A stretch of DNA of 64,000 nt from an uncultured Actinomycetes bacterium (GTDB lineage Bacteria > Actinomycetota > JAICYB01): positions 51,050-115,049 of the forward strand of contig CAZLKN010000003.1 of the NCBI GenBank assembly GCA_964560135.1, given 5' to 3'. Positions 26,301 through 35,103 of the stretch are shown here, piece after piece (the first letter of the stretch is position 1; each line of letters begins with the position of its first letter). The notes under the pieces are model-generated. The model searched no databases. It saw only the letters and a program-made list of their open reading frames with translations, and was not told where the DNA came from. The position numbers and the translations under genes were made by a program.

Positions 26301-27019
26301 GGCTCTACGCCCTCGGAGGCATCGGTTTGCTGTTCCTGTGGGACCTGTGGTCGCGGGGCCGCCGGGGTCTGTGGGGACTGGTGGGCGGGCCGGTGATGGC
26401 GCTGATCGCGATCGGCGTCTTCCTGGTGCTGGTCCCCGCCGGGGTCTACGTGGCCTCGTACATCCCGTACTTCGCCCTCGGGAACTCCTTCGGCGACCTG
26501 CTGGAGCTCCAGCGGGGGATGTACACCTATCACGCTCACCTCACGGCCACCCACCCGTTCGGGTCGCCGTGGTACGGCTGGCCGGTCGGTCACCGGGCCG
26601 TGTGGATCTACCTCGGGTCGGGAGGCGGGGGACGGGCGGAGATCTGGACCGTCGGGAACCCCGTGGTGTTCGTCGGGGGCCTGCTCGCGTTCGTCTCGCT
26701 GGCGGTGGCCGCCGTCCGGGCCCGGTCCGTCGCGTTCTCGGTGATCGTGTTCGCGGTTCTCGTCCAGTTCGTGCCGTGGACCCTGGTGGACCGGGTGGCC
26801 TTCCTGTACCACTACCTGCCGATCGTCCCGTTCCTGGCGATCGCGCTGGGCTGGTGGCTGGCGGTGGGGGAGCGGGGGATGTCTCGCCGGGGTGCGGCGG
26901 TGGCCGTGGCTGCACTGGCGACGGCCGTGTTCGTCGCCCTCCTGCCGGTCCTGGCGGGGATCTCGGTTCCCGACGCGTATCACGACGCGGTCCGCGCCGT
27001 GCTGCCCTGGGTGTTCTAG
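23375..27019 (+). CDS. 1214-aa fusion: N-terminal polytopic GT-C-like membrane domain plus PMT-family (GT39) protein O-mannosyltransferase carrying a roughly 260-aa beta-rich insertion
   Basis: Residues from about 500 show PMT motifs (GMYFDEVYHARTAGEY, THPPLAKEL, loop region ASKWVGLYALGG, and the C-terminal HPFGSPWYGWP 4-TM region). Residues 1-480 form a separate membrane domain with about 11 helices (FFVDYPPGYLW, HERYLFLG). Between THPPLAK and the next TM helix lies a soluble insertion with repeated blade-like segments. An internal GTG at 24893 could also start a stand-alone PMT. Confidence 0.7.
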   Translation: MLDFESLKDASRRAAWWASTRRGLVWMTLAGLALRLVLAVVSTGFPFDMASFAGWAGRLAEEGPLGFYPTEGEEFFVDYPPGYLWVLWVLGVVSRGLTGGAPSEFLLKLPAIGADLGIAWVAAALAARLTPVTIRRRFPVRGVVAAAVLFNPALIFVSAVWGQVDALLALLVLASFWFLATGTPSFRREAAGMALLALAVGTKPQGIFVLPFVVLLLLWRHVRGAVAGREERGAGAAALAGIGRVAALGAVSLGTGIALMASFGVGPVQAVRFFAEAGSTYTVTSVFAFNFWGAVGFWRSDLHDTAAGEAVRLAGVPAFYLALAAFGAGTAALLGRAWLALRRGEMEARVLVFGGVAMICLAFAVLTRIHERYLFLGLACLAPLVAWPWMRRAYVGLSLAYLVNVWFPYVYYLEFDGQSAPRLGPVFDILYGRGLDSPQLRTISVLTAVACLAVAWLGWRWFRVPPEPPPAPGPTSGRTPEADAPLVASAPVEAAPRPPWRLTLHPVGRRGAALALVAFLVVLATRLAWVGEPPGMYFDEVYHARTAGEYLQGKDVYEWTHPPLAKELMAASVRGVGGIGARGRGELADGMDSGMVDAHGSTVVWAAPGAVQWGRLDGCEVRPRGGAVRTTVTPTAVAVWDEGALLGGTGREGPVLALLDAGGEQWRVPVPAVPERIATIDGAGFVVGVDGSLGMVDRAGEFVPLAPGALGLDADRQERVVWVSFPAEGRVAAYGTGGQVREATVQGQPAALAVAPETSRLLVAGDQGLESVDADDARHEAVLGEVSADRLAAVPGSGLVWAFDGDEARLIEPLGMSTIGRAELPEPPLAVSGATEGTVLAVSSSGITCLGGRPAFGWRFGSAIFGAAMAALAALIALRMFGSTLAAGLAALFVAVDGLAFTLARIAMNDSYVTAGILAAWFCALSCLYRTGAAVVPEGDAEEEAAADVRSRWPAVGWMALTGLSLGFAVASKWVGLYALGGIGLLFLWDLWSRGRRGLWGLVGGPVMALIAIGVFLVLVPAGVYVASYIPYFALGNSFGDLLELQRGMYTYHAHLTATHPFGSPWYGWPVGHRAVWIYLGSGGGGRAEIWTVGNPVVFVGGLLAFVSLAVAAVRARSVAFSVIVFAVLVQFVPWTLVDRVAFLYHYLPIVPFLAIALGWWLAVGERGMSRRGAAVAVAALATAVFVALLPVLAGISVPDAYHDAVRAVLPWVF

Positions 27020-29007
27020 GGCTGCGAGCGCGCTCCGTCCGGAGCCGGTTCGCCCACGACCTCGGGGGCCGGAGACGCCGGTCCGGGGAGGCGGACCGTG
27101 AAGGTCGAGCCCCGGCCCCGCTCGCTGGACAGCAGTACCGTGCCTTCCATGGCTTCGGTGAGCTCCTTCACGATCGCCAGGCCGATGCCCGTCCCCCGGA
27201 CGCGCCGGACCTCGTCCTGCTGGCCGCGGTAGAAGCGCTCGAACACATGCGGCTGCTCGTCGGCGGGGATGCCGATGCCCCGGTCGGTGACCGCGAGATC
27301 CACCCAGCCGTCGTCGGACTCCTCGACGGTCACCGTGATCGGTGCCCCCTCCGGCGAGTAGCGCGCGGCGTTGATGAGCAGGTTGTCGAGTACCTGCCCG
27401 AGCGCGGTGGCGTCGAACCACGCCTCGAGGTCATCCGGGGCGTGGAGGTCGACTTGGTGGCCGGCCAGCGTCGGCTCGAGCCGGCTCACCGTCTCCTGGA
27501 CGAACGGTGCGACGTGGAGCCTTCCCGGGGTCAGGTTCAGCATCCCCGACTGGAGTCGCGAGAAGTCCAGGAGGTCGCGGATCCGATCGTCCAGGTCGCT
27601 CGCCTGGGTCTCGATCCGCCCGACCAGGTCCCGCCGCCGGTCGTCGGCCACGTCGTCCCAGCGTTCCCGGAGGGTGCTCGCGAACCCCGCGATCACCGTG
27701 AGCGGTGTCCGGAGCTCGTGCGAGACGGTGGACAGGAAGTCGTCCTTGAGCCTGTCCAGGGTCCGGAGATCCTCGAGCGTGGAGCGCTCGCGCTCGTAGG
27801 CGGAGGCGTTGGCCATCGCCACGCCCGCCAGCGCCGCCAGGGCCTGGAGCCTGGCGGTGTCGTCGGGGTTGGGATGGCTGACGGCCTCGAGGTAGCAGGA
27901 GAGCACGCCGACGACCGAGCCCTCGAGCGGGATCGGGACGCTGCAGACCGAACGCCACGTCCGGGGCAGGACCGTTCCCTCGAGGGCCGGGGGGCCGTAC
28001 CGTCCGTGGGCGGGGTCCGGCGCCCACACCGGCTGTCCCGTCCGGCGGGCGACGGCGGGTGAGGACTCGCCGAACACCGGATCCAGCGCCGGCAGCCATA
28101 GGGGCTCGACCACACTGGTGGGAAGCTTCGAGCGGCCGGCCGCCGAGAAACCGTCCCCGTCGGGGAGCCAGACGATCGCGAAACCCGCCTGCATCACCCG
28201 GACCGTCTCTTCGGCGAGGGCGGACAGGATCTCCTGCCGGTCGAGGTCCGCGTTCAGCTGCAGGGCGGCCTCGTGGAGTTGCAGCGACGCATCCCGCTCC
28301 GAGTGCAGCCTGCTCGCCATGCCCCCGACCACGAGGCCCTGCACCAGGGTGAGGCCGAGCACGTAGGTGATCGAGTCCACCGTGAGGGGGAACCCGAACT
28401 CCTGTGCGGCGTTGTAGCGCACCAGCGCGTAGAAGACGCTCGCGAACAGGGCCGTGCCCACGGCCCCGCGCATGTCGTACCGGTAGGCCGCCTCCAGCTG
28501 GACGATCAGGAAGAGAACCCACTGGGTCGCCGCGGGCTGGTCGAGGTACAGCCAGACCGTCGCGCAGACGACGAACACGTCCACAGCGAACATCGCGAAG
28601 GCCGTCGGGCGGGCGATGCGCCCGCGCCGCAACGACGGCAGCAGGGCGAGGTTGGCCGCGACCAGCAGGCCCCCGAGGCCGAAGGTGGCCGGGATCAGGT
28701 AGCTGCGCGCCTGCGGCCCGGGTTGGATCAGGGTCCCCTGGACGAAGACGAAGGCCGCCGCCACCCAGCGGGCGTAGGAGAGCGACCGCTCGACCCCCCA
28801 GGGGGCCGGTTGCGTCGCATCGGGCGCTTCGGCCACGCCGTTCCTTCCTCCGGATCGAGCACGGGCGTCGTCGAGGAGCATAGGAGCGATCGGTGGCAGC
28901 GTCGAGCCAGCGTCGCTCAGGCCGCGTGTGCGAGGATTTGCGCCATGAGCTACGGCAAGATCTTCAAGGCCTACGACATCAGAGGCCTGTACCCGGAGGA
29001 GATCCAC
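27016..29007 (-). CDS. Sensor histidine kinase, KdpD-C-like (DUF4118-type membrane domain, GAF, HisKA, HATPase_c); no adjacent response regulator
   Basis: HisKA H-box LKDDFLSTVSHELRTPLTVI, HATPase GTGIGLAIVKELTEAMEGTV, an N-terminal 4-6 TM region and a central GAF-like domain. Its stop overlaps the PMT stop in the palindrome CTAG (27016-27019). Confidence 0.8.
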   Translation of the reverse strand: MDLLRVQASDVVGLEDLAVAHGANPRTRGLSDAGSTLPPIAPMLLDDARARSGGRNGVAEAPDATQPAPWGVERSLSYARWVAAAFVFVQGTLIQPGPQARSYLIPATFGLGGLLVAANLALLPSLRRGRIARPTAFAMFAVDVFVVCATVWLYLDQPAATQWVLFLIVQLEAAYRYDMRGAVGTALFASVFYALVRYNAAQEFGFPLTVDSITYVLGLTLVQGLVVGGMASRLHSERDASLQLHEAALQLNADLDRQEILSALAEETVRVMQAGFAIVWLPDGDGFSAAGRSKLPTSVVEPLWLPALDPVFGESSPAVARRTGQPVWAPDPAHGRYGPPALEGTVLPRTWRSVCSVPIPLEGSVVGVLSCYLEAVSHPNPDDTARLQALAALAGVAMANASAYERERSTLEDLRTLDRLKDDFLSTVSHELRTPLTVIAGFASTLRERWDDVADDRRRDLVGRIETQASDLDDRIRDLLDFSRLQSGMLNLTPGRLHVAPFVQETVSRLEPTLAGHQVDLHAPDDLEAWFDATALGQVLDNLLINAARYSPEGAPITVTVEESDDGWVDLAVTDRGIGIPADEQPHVFERFYRGQQDEVRRVRGTGIGLAIVKELTEAMEGTVLLSSERGRGSTFTVRLPGPASPAPEVVGEPAPDGARSQP

Positions 29008-30282
29008 GAGGACGCCGCATACCGGATCGGCCGCGCGTTCGCGGTCTTCGCCGCCTCCGAGGCGGTGCTCGTGGGCCGGGACATGCGCGACTCATCGCCG
29101 TCGCTGGCCGAGACGTTCCTGCGCGGGGTCACCGACGAGGGCGTCGACGGCGTCGATCTCGGCCTGGTGTCCACGGATCTCGTGTACTTCGCCTCAGGAC
29201 GTCACGACCTGCCGGGGGCGATGTTCACCGCGTCGCACAATCCGCCCGGATACAACGGGATCAAGATGTGTCTGGCGGGGGCGGCGCCCGTGGGCCAGGA
29301 CACGGGGCTCGCCGAGATCCGGGCCCGCGCGGAAGCCGGTTCGGGCACACCGGACCGACCCCGCGGGTCGGTCCGGCGGATGGACGCCCTCGAGGAGTTC
29401 GTCGGCCATCTCGTGGGCATCGTCGATCCGGCCGCCATGCGTCCGCTGACCGTCGTCGCCGACGCCGCCAACGGCATGGGTGGACTGCTCGTTCCGGCCG
29501 TCTTCGAGCGGCTGCCCATGAAGCTGGTCCCCCTGTACTTCGAACTCGACGGGACGTTCCCCAACCATCCCGCCGATCCGATCCAACCGGAGAACCTGAA
29601 GGATCTGCAGCGCGCGGTGCTGGCCGAGGGCGCCGACGTCGGTATGGCCTTCGACGGTGACGCCGACCGCGTCTTCCTCGTGGACGAGAAGGCCGAGCCG
29701 GTCTCCGGCAGCCTCACCACCGCGCTCGTGGCCAAACGCATCCTCGAGCACAACCCCGGCGAGACGGTGATCCACAACGTGATCTGTTCGCGGGTGGTGC
29801 GGGAGGTGATCGAGGAGCACGGGGGCCGGGCGGTGAGCTCCAGGGTCGGTCATTCGTTCATCAAGGCCCTGATGGCCGAGACGGGCGCCGTCTTCGCCGG
29901 TGAGCATTCGGGGCACTACTACTTCCGGGACAACTTCCGCGCCGACTCCGGGATCCTAGCCGCCCTCTACGTGCTCGAACTGATGTCGGCGGCCAAGGCG
30001 CCTCTGTCCGCCCTGCTCGAGCCGCTGCGCCGCTACGCGAACTCGGGGGAGATCAACACCCCCGTCGACGACCAGCAGGCGACGATGGACCGGGTGGCAG
30101 CATCCTTCCCAGACGCCGATCAGGAACGCATCGACGGTCTGACCGTCTCCTACGACGACTGGTGGTTCAACCTCCGGCCGTCCAACACGGAGCCGCTCCT
30201 GCGGCTGAACGTGGAGGCCCGGGACGACGACACGCTACGGCGCAGGACCGAGGAGATCCTGGCCATCATCAGAAAGGGGTGA
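28945..30282 (+). CDS. manB: Phosphomannomutase/phosphoglucomutase
   Basis: MSYGKIFKAYDIRG N-terminus and the active-site serine loop TASHNPPGYNGIK. The start ATG 28945 lies within the longer track ORF 28273..30282. Confidence 0.85.
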   Translation: MSYGKIFKAYDIRGLYPEEIHEDAAYRIGRAFAVFAASEAVLVGRDMRDSSPSLAETFLRGVTDEGVDGVDLGLVSTDLVYFASGRHDLPGAMFTASHNPPGYNGIKMCLAGAAPVGQDTGLAEIRARAEAGSGTPDRPRGSVRRMDALEEFVGHLVGIVDPAAMRPLTVVADAANGMGGLLVPAVFERLPMKLVPLYFELDGTFPNHPADPIQPENLKDLQRAVLAEGADVGMAFDGDADRVFLVDEKAEPVSGSLTTALVAKRILEHNPGETVIHNVICSRVVREVIEEHGGRAVSSRVGHSFIKALMAETGAVFAGEHSGHYYFRDNFRADSGILAALYVLELMSAAKAPLSALLEPLRRYANSGEINTPVDDQQATMDRVAASFPDADQERIDGLTVSYDDWWFNLRPSNTEPLLRLNVEARDDDTLRRRTEEILAIIRKG

Positions 30283-30285
30283 GCC

Positions 30286-30474
30286 GTGGGCATAGACAAG
30301 GAACTGCTCGACATCCTCGCCTGCCCGAAGTGCAGACAACCGGTGGAGGAGCGAACGACTCCGGACGGCGAGGTCCTCGTGTGTACGGCTCCGGATTGCC
30401 GGCTGGCCTATCCCGTCCGCGACGGCATCCCGGTGATGCTCGTGGGCGAGGCCACGCCTTGGAGCGGGTCCTGA
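30286..30474 (+). CDS. Trm112-family small zinc-ribbon-like protein (UPF0434)
   Basis: LDILACPKCRQPVEE...LVCTAPDCRLAYPVRDGIPVML is the Trm112 signature. GTG start 4 nt after the manB stop. Confidence 0.7.
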   Translation: MGIDKELLDILACPKCRQPVEERTTPDGEVLVCTAPDCRLAYPVRDGIPVMLVGEATPWSGS

Positions 30475-31541
30475 GCCTGCTCGACCAGCCGGAGGCGGTC
30501 GCCGAGCGTGACCCGGGGAGGTCGCTGGACGCCGTCGCGTCGCTGCCGGCGCACGTGCGCGAGGCCGCCGCGGCCGGTGCCGCCGCGGGGGCCCGGCTCC
30601 CGGGAACCGACGACATCGATCACGTCGTGGTGTGCGGGATGGGCGGCTCGGCGGTGGGCGGCGACGTGCTCGCGGCGCTCGCCCGCGCCGCCGGTCCGGT
30701 GCCGGTGGTGGTCCACCGCGGGTACGGTGCGCCGGCCCACGTCGGGCCCCGGACGCTCGTGGTGGCCTCCAGCTACTCGGGGGGGACCGAGGAGACCCTC
30801 GACGCCTTCCGCGCCGCTCGCGATCGCGGGGCCACGGGTCTGGCGATCACGATCGGCGGGCGCCTGGGCGATGAGGCTTCGGCGGCCGGCTGGGAGGTGA
30901 TCGCGCCCACCGACGGCCTGATGCCGCGTTTCGCGCTGGGATGGATGACGGCGGCTCCGGCGGCGGCGCTCGAGGCGGCCGGGCTGCTGCGTCCGGCGGT
31001 GGGCTGGGCCGACGGCGCGCCGGTGGCGCTCGGGCGCCGCGTGAGCGCCTGGGGGCCGGGCGCTCCCACCGACGCCAACCCCGCCAAGGGTCTGGCCCAC
31101 GCCCTGCTGGGCGCCTCCCCGGTGATCTGGGGGGCCGAAGGCGCATCGGGGGTGGCCGCCGTGCGATGGAAGAACGACCTCAACGAGAACGCGAAGGTGG
31201 CCGCCCACGCCGCGGTGCTCCCGGAGCTCGACCACAACGAGATCGTTGGGCTGGCCGCCGAAGGGCGGCAGGGCCGGCCCACCAGCCGCAGCGTGCTGGT
31301 GTGCCTGCGCGAGAGCGTGGAGGATGAGCGGGTGGGGGCCAGGTTCGTGGCCTCGACCCGCGAGGTGGCGGCGTCCTTCGAACTCGTCTGGGAGGCCCGT
31401 GGCGAGGGAGACGACGCCCTCGTGCGGTTCCTCGACCTCGCGCTGCTCGGCGGGTTCGTGTCCGTGTACCTGGCGTTGCTGCGGGGGGTTGATCCCGTCC
31501 CCATCGAGGCGATCGCCCGGCTCAAGTCCGCCCTGGCGTAG
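30459..31541 (+). CDS. SIS-domain bifunctional phosphoglucose/phosphomannose isomerase
   Basis: SIS motifs ([29 protein letters not shown]). Syntenic with Rv3256c-like genes next to pmmA. The start is uncertain; TTG 30459 is the first in-frame candidate after the Trm112 gene. Confidence 0.65.
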   Translation: MERVLSLLDQPEAVAERDPGRSLDAVASLPAHVREAAAAGAAAGARLPGTDDIDHVVVCGMGGSAVGGDVLAALARAAGPVPVVVHRGYGAPAHVGPRTLVVASSYSGGTEETLDAFRAARDRGATGLAITIGGRLGDEASAAGWEVIAPTDGLMPRFALGWMTAAPAAALEAAGLLRPAVGWADGAPVALGRRVSAWGPGAPTDANPAKGLAHALLGASPVIWGAEGASGVAAVRWKNDLNENAKVAAHAAVLPELDHNEIVGLAAEGRQGRPTSRSVLVCLRESVEDERVGARFVASTREVAASFELVWEARGEGDDALVRFLDLALLGGFVSVYLALLRGVDPVPIEAIARLKSALA

Positions 31542-31582
31542 GTTGGCGCGACGCATGGCTCCGATCCGGGGCCTGCTGTCTC

Positions 31583-31939
31583 TTGACACATACGTACGTG
31601 TGTGTTGTGATCCCCCACATGACGCAGCGCGACGCCCTCGGACGAAGGCGGGCCCCCGGCCAGAACCGGGGCCTGCGGCCGCTGTACCCACCGCTGCCCC
31701 GCGGCACGGAGTCCCGCTCGGTGCGTGTGGCCATGGCCCGCGAGGCCTGGGCTCTCGTCGACCGCTACCTCGCCGGCCGGCGCCGGACCACCGGCCCCCG
31801 GGCGCTCGGAGAGTTGCTGGAGCGGGCGGTGCGGCAGCACGAGCACGAGCGCGAGCGCGTCGCGGACTGGCAGGAATGGCAGATCCGCAAGGAGCAGCTG
31901 CTGCTTGCGCGGAGGACCGACGAAGCGGCGGCGTCATGA
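31583..31939 (+). CDS. Hypothetical small protein, possible ribbon-helix-helix fold in its C-terminal 70 aa (start uncertain: 31583, GTG 31723 or ATG 31732)
   Basis: Coding-like GC3. [19 protein letters not shown]...[15 protein letters not shown] resembles an RHH beta-strand plus two helices. It lies entirely within the 424-nt sahH leader, so it may be a spurious high-GC ORF. Confidence 0.3.
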   Translation: MTHTYVCVVIPHMTQRDALGRRRAPGQNRGLRPLYPPLPRGTESRSVRVAMAREAWALVDRYLAGRRRTTGPRALGELLERAVRQHEHERERVADWQEWQIRKEQLLLARRTDEAAAS

Positions 31940-31965
31940 CGCGCCGCCGCAACGAGGAGGGAACG

Positions 31966-33231
31966 ATGACCGAGAGCCACATCGCCGACGCCAACCTGGC
32001 CGACGAGGGACGCCTGCGCGCCGACTGGGCGTCCAGCCAGATGCCCGTCGTGGCCACGCTCACGGAGCGTTTCACCACCGAGCAGCCCTACGCGGGCCTG
32101 CGGATCGGCGCATGCCTGCACGTCACCACGGAGACCGCCAACCTCGTCCGGTTGCTGCGGGCCGGCGGCGCCGAGGTGCTCCTGTGCGCGTCCAACCCGC
32201 TGTCCACCCAGGACGACGTCGCCGCGTACCTCGCCTCCGAGGGGGTCAAGGTCTATGCCGTCCGCGGCGAGGACAACGACACCTACTACGCCCACATCCG
32301 CGCCGTCCTCGACGCGAAGCCGCACCTGACGGTGGACGACGGCGCCGACCTGGTGTCGGTCATGCACCGCGAGCGTCCCGAGCAGGCCGATGAGACCGTC
32401 GGCGGCAGCGAGGAGACCACCACGGGCGTGATCCGGCTGCGCCAGATGGCCAGGGAGCAGGCGTTGCGGTACCCGATCGTGGCCATCAACGACACGCCCA
32501 CCAAGCACCTGTTCGACAACCGGTTCGGCACGGGGCAGTCGGCCCTCGACGGGATCATCCGCGCCACCAACGTGCTCCTGGCCGGTCGCACCTTCGTGGT
32601 CTCCGGCTTCGGTGACTGCGGCCGCGGCGTGGCCTCGCGTGCCCGGGGGCTCGGCGCCCATGTGGTCGTCACCGAGGTGGACGAGATCCGCGCGATCGAG
32701 GCCGTCATGGAGGGCTTCCGGGTCATGCCGATGGCCGAGGCGGTGAAGGTGGGAGACATCTTCTGCACGGTCACCGGTGACCGGGACGTGATCCGCCTGG
32801 AGCACATCGAGGCGATGAAGGACGGCGCGATCATCTCCAACGCCGGGCACTTCGACCTCGAGATCGACGTCAAGGCACTGCGCAAGATCGCCGTGGAGAC
32901 CAAGCGCGTCCGGGCCAACGTGGAGGAGTTCCGCCTTCCCGACGGCCGCCGGATCCGCCTGCTGGCCGAGGGCCGGCTGGTGAACCTCGGCGCCGCCGAG
33001 GGACACCCCGCCTCGGTGATGGACATGTCCTTCGCCGGGCAGGCTCTCGCGCTGCGCTGGCTCGCCACCGAGCACCGCGACGGGGGCCGGCTGCCGGTGG
33101 GCGTCCACGACGTGCCCGAACTGGTCGACCGGGAGATCGCGCGACTGAAGCTCGAGACGATGGGCATGCAGATCGACACCCTCACGCCGGAGCAGGAGGC
33201 CTACCTGTCCTCCTGGGAGCTCGGGACGTAG
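31966..33231 (+). CDS. ahcY: Adenosylhomocysteinase
   Basis: [22 protein letters not shown] start preceded by GAGGAGG. NAD-binding motif [13 protein letters not shown]. The track ORF 31246..33231 is an upstream in-frame extension. Confidence 0.9.
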   Translation: MTESHIADANLADEGRLRADWASSQMPVVATLTERFTTEQPYAGLRIGACLHVTTETANLVRLLRAGGAEVLLCASNPLSTQDDVAAYLASEGVKVYAVRGEDNDTYYAHIRAVLDAKPHLTVDDGADLVSVMHRERPEQADETVGGSEETTTGVIRLRQMAREQALRYPIVAINDTPTKHLFDNRFGTGQSALDGIIRATNVLLAGRTFVVSGFGDCGRGVASRARGLGAHVVVTEVDEIRAIEAVMEGFRVMPMAEAVKVGDIFCTVTGDRDVIRLEHIEAMKDGAIISNAGHFDLEIDVKALRKIAVETKRVRANVEEFRLPDGRRIRLLAEGRLVNLGAAEGHPASVMDMSFAGQALALRWLATEHRDGGRLPVGVHDVPELVDREIARLKLETMGMQIDTLTPEQEAYLSSWELGT

Positions 33232-35096
33232 CCTTCACCGGCGCCCTCGCCGGAGGCCCCCGGGGCGGTGGTGGCCTCTGGGGCGTCGGGAGCTTCGCTT
33301 CTGGGCGACGTGTCACGGACGAGACTGATCACCGTCTGCCCCGGTTTGGGTGCCGGTTGGCTGTCCGCGGTGCACACGATGAGGTCGCCGCCCTCGCTGA
33401 CCAGGAACAGCGGGATCACCTCGGTGTGGCGGCTCCTCAGGGCGTCCATGTCGAACTGCTTGGTGAGGGGGGTCGAGCGGATCTCGGCCCCCCCGGTGAA
33501 CTTCATGGTGAGGGACGCGAAATCCAGGTCCCGTGAGAACAGGGTGCGGCCCCGCAGCTCGGTGGAGACCTTCTTGCCGCGCTCGTCGGAGGTCTCGTGG
33601 GAGAACTGGTAGACCTCGGAGCGCCCGAAGGTCTCCGAGAACCGGACCACCGCCAGGGAGTTGACCTCGTTGTTGGACGTCACCGCGAGCAGTCGTCCGA
33701 TCCCGTCGAGGTCGATGCGGTCCATGAGGTCGTCGGCCAGGATGCTGCCGTGGTGGGTGGGGATCCCCTCCATCCGGGCGTTCTGGATGTTCTGGCGGTT
33801 CGTGTCCACGAGCAGCACCTGGAACCCCTCCGACATCAGCGCCTTCGCCAGCTCCCTGGTCCACGCGTAGGCACCGAGCACGAGGACACCCTGCTGCTTG
33901 CGTTGCGTGACCCCCAGCAGCCGGGCCACCGGGGTGGATGTCGCCGTGTAGAGCAGGACCGTCGCCACGATGACGAAGAACGTCTCCGCGACGAGCCGGT
34001 CGGCCCCGGCGATGTCGGTCTCGGCGAGGCGGATCGCGAAGACCGAGGACAGCGCGGCGGCGACGAAACCACGCGGGGCCATCCACGCGAGGAAGGCTCG
34101 CTCGTTGCGGCGCAGGCGCGAACGGGCCGTCGCCAGCGCCACCGCCACCGGGCGGGCCACGAGCACGAGCACGACGAGGAACAGCGCGCTGTACCAGCCG
34201 ATCTGGGCGAGGTCGTCGGCTTCCAGGCGCGCGGCCAGAATCACGAACAGGCCCGAGACGATCAGGATCCTGAGGTTTTCCTCGAATTCGGCGATGTGGC
34301 GGACGGCGACCGTCCGCTGGTTCGCCAGGACCACCCCCATGACCGCCGCTGCGAAGAACCCGGACTCCGGCTGCATCGTGTTGGAGACGGTGAAGGCCAC
34401 CACGACGAACATCAGCGTCGCGGGGTTCTCCAGCGGGTCGGGGATCCAGAAGCGGCTGAGCAGCAGCATGACGATCGCGGCGGCCATCGCTCCGATCGCG
34501 CTGCCGAGCACGACGGTCTGGATCACGCCGCGCAGCGCCAGGGTCGCCGCCTGGTCGAAGCCCTCGACGGCGATGGCCTGGAACACCAGGACCGCGAGCA
34601 TGGCGCCCACGGTGTCCAACACCACCGTCTCCGACTTCAGGATCGATCCGAGCCGGCCCACGGGCCGGGCGTTCTTGAGGAGAGAGCCGATGACCGACGG
34701 CCCGTTCACGACCAGGACGGCGCCGAACAGGATCGCGATCCGGACGTCGAAGCCGAGCAGCGCCCAGGCGGAGGTGGCGGCGATCACCCAGGTCACCAGG
34801 GCGCCCACTCCGACCAGTCGCATCACGACTCCGCCGACCCGCTTCAGCTCGCTCCACCGCAGGGTGAGCGCGCCCTCGAACAGGATGATCGCGACCGACA
34901 GCGAGATCACGGGGGACACGAGGTCGCCGAGCACGTCGTCGGGGCGCAGGGCCCCGGTGACCGGGCCCGCCACGAGGCCGACGGCGAGGAGCACCAGGAT
35001 CGAAGGCAGACGGGCCTTCCACGCCAGCCACTCGGCCCCCACGCCGAGAACGAGGATCGCGGCCAGACCTGCGAGCAGCTGCTGTTCGCCGAGCAT
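33201..35096 (-). CDS. Monovalent cation:proton antiporter (CPA1/CPA2 Na+/H+ exchanger family) with C-terminal RCK/TrkA-like regulatory domain
   Basis: About 12 TM helices ([19 protein letters not shown]...), then a soluble domain ([30 protein letters not shown]...). The 3' end overlaps ahcY convergently. Confidence 0.75.
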   Translation of the reverse strand: MLGEQQLLAGLAAILVLGVGAEWLAWKARLPSILVLLAVGLVAGPVTGALRPDDVLGDLVSPVISLSVAIILFEGALTLRWSELKRVGGVVMRLVGVGALVTWVIAATSAWALLGFDVRIAILFGAVLVVNGPSVIGSLLKNARPVGRLGSILKSETVVLDTVGAMLAVLVFQAIAVEGFDQAATLALRGVIQTVVLGSAIGAMAAAIVMLLLSRFWIPDPLENPATLMFVVVAFTVSNTMQPESGFFAAAVMGVVLANQRTVAVRHIAEFEENLRILIVSGLFVILAARLEADDLAQIGWYSALFLVVLVLVARPVAVALATARSRLRRNERAFLAWMAPRGFVAAALSSVFAIRLAETDIAGADRLVAETFFVIVATVLLYTATSTPVARLLGVTQRKQQGVLVLGAYAWTRELAKALMSEGFQVLLVDTNRQNIQNARMEGIPTHHGSILADDLMDRIDLDGIGRLLAVTSNNEVNSLAVVRFSETFGRSEVYQFSHETSDERGKKVSTELRGRTLFSRDLDFASLTMKFTGGAEIRSTPLTKQFDMDALRSRHTEVIPLFLVSEGGDLIVCTADSQPAPKPGQTVISLVRDTSPRSEAPDAPEATTAPGASGEGAGEGYVPSSQEDR

Positions 35097-35103
35097 CACG
35101 TGC

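Noticed and set aside
27016-27019. CTAG shared by the stop codons of the convergent PMT and histidine-kinase genes
   Set aside because: A curiosity of tight convergent packing, with no functional implication.
31246-33231. 661-aa version of ahcY with a 240-aa N-terminal extension
   Set aside because: The extension overlaps the PGI/PMI gene and the leader. A GAGGAGG RBS and conserved SahH N-terminus support a start at 31966.
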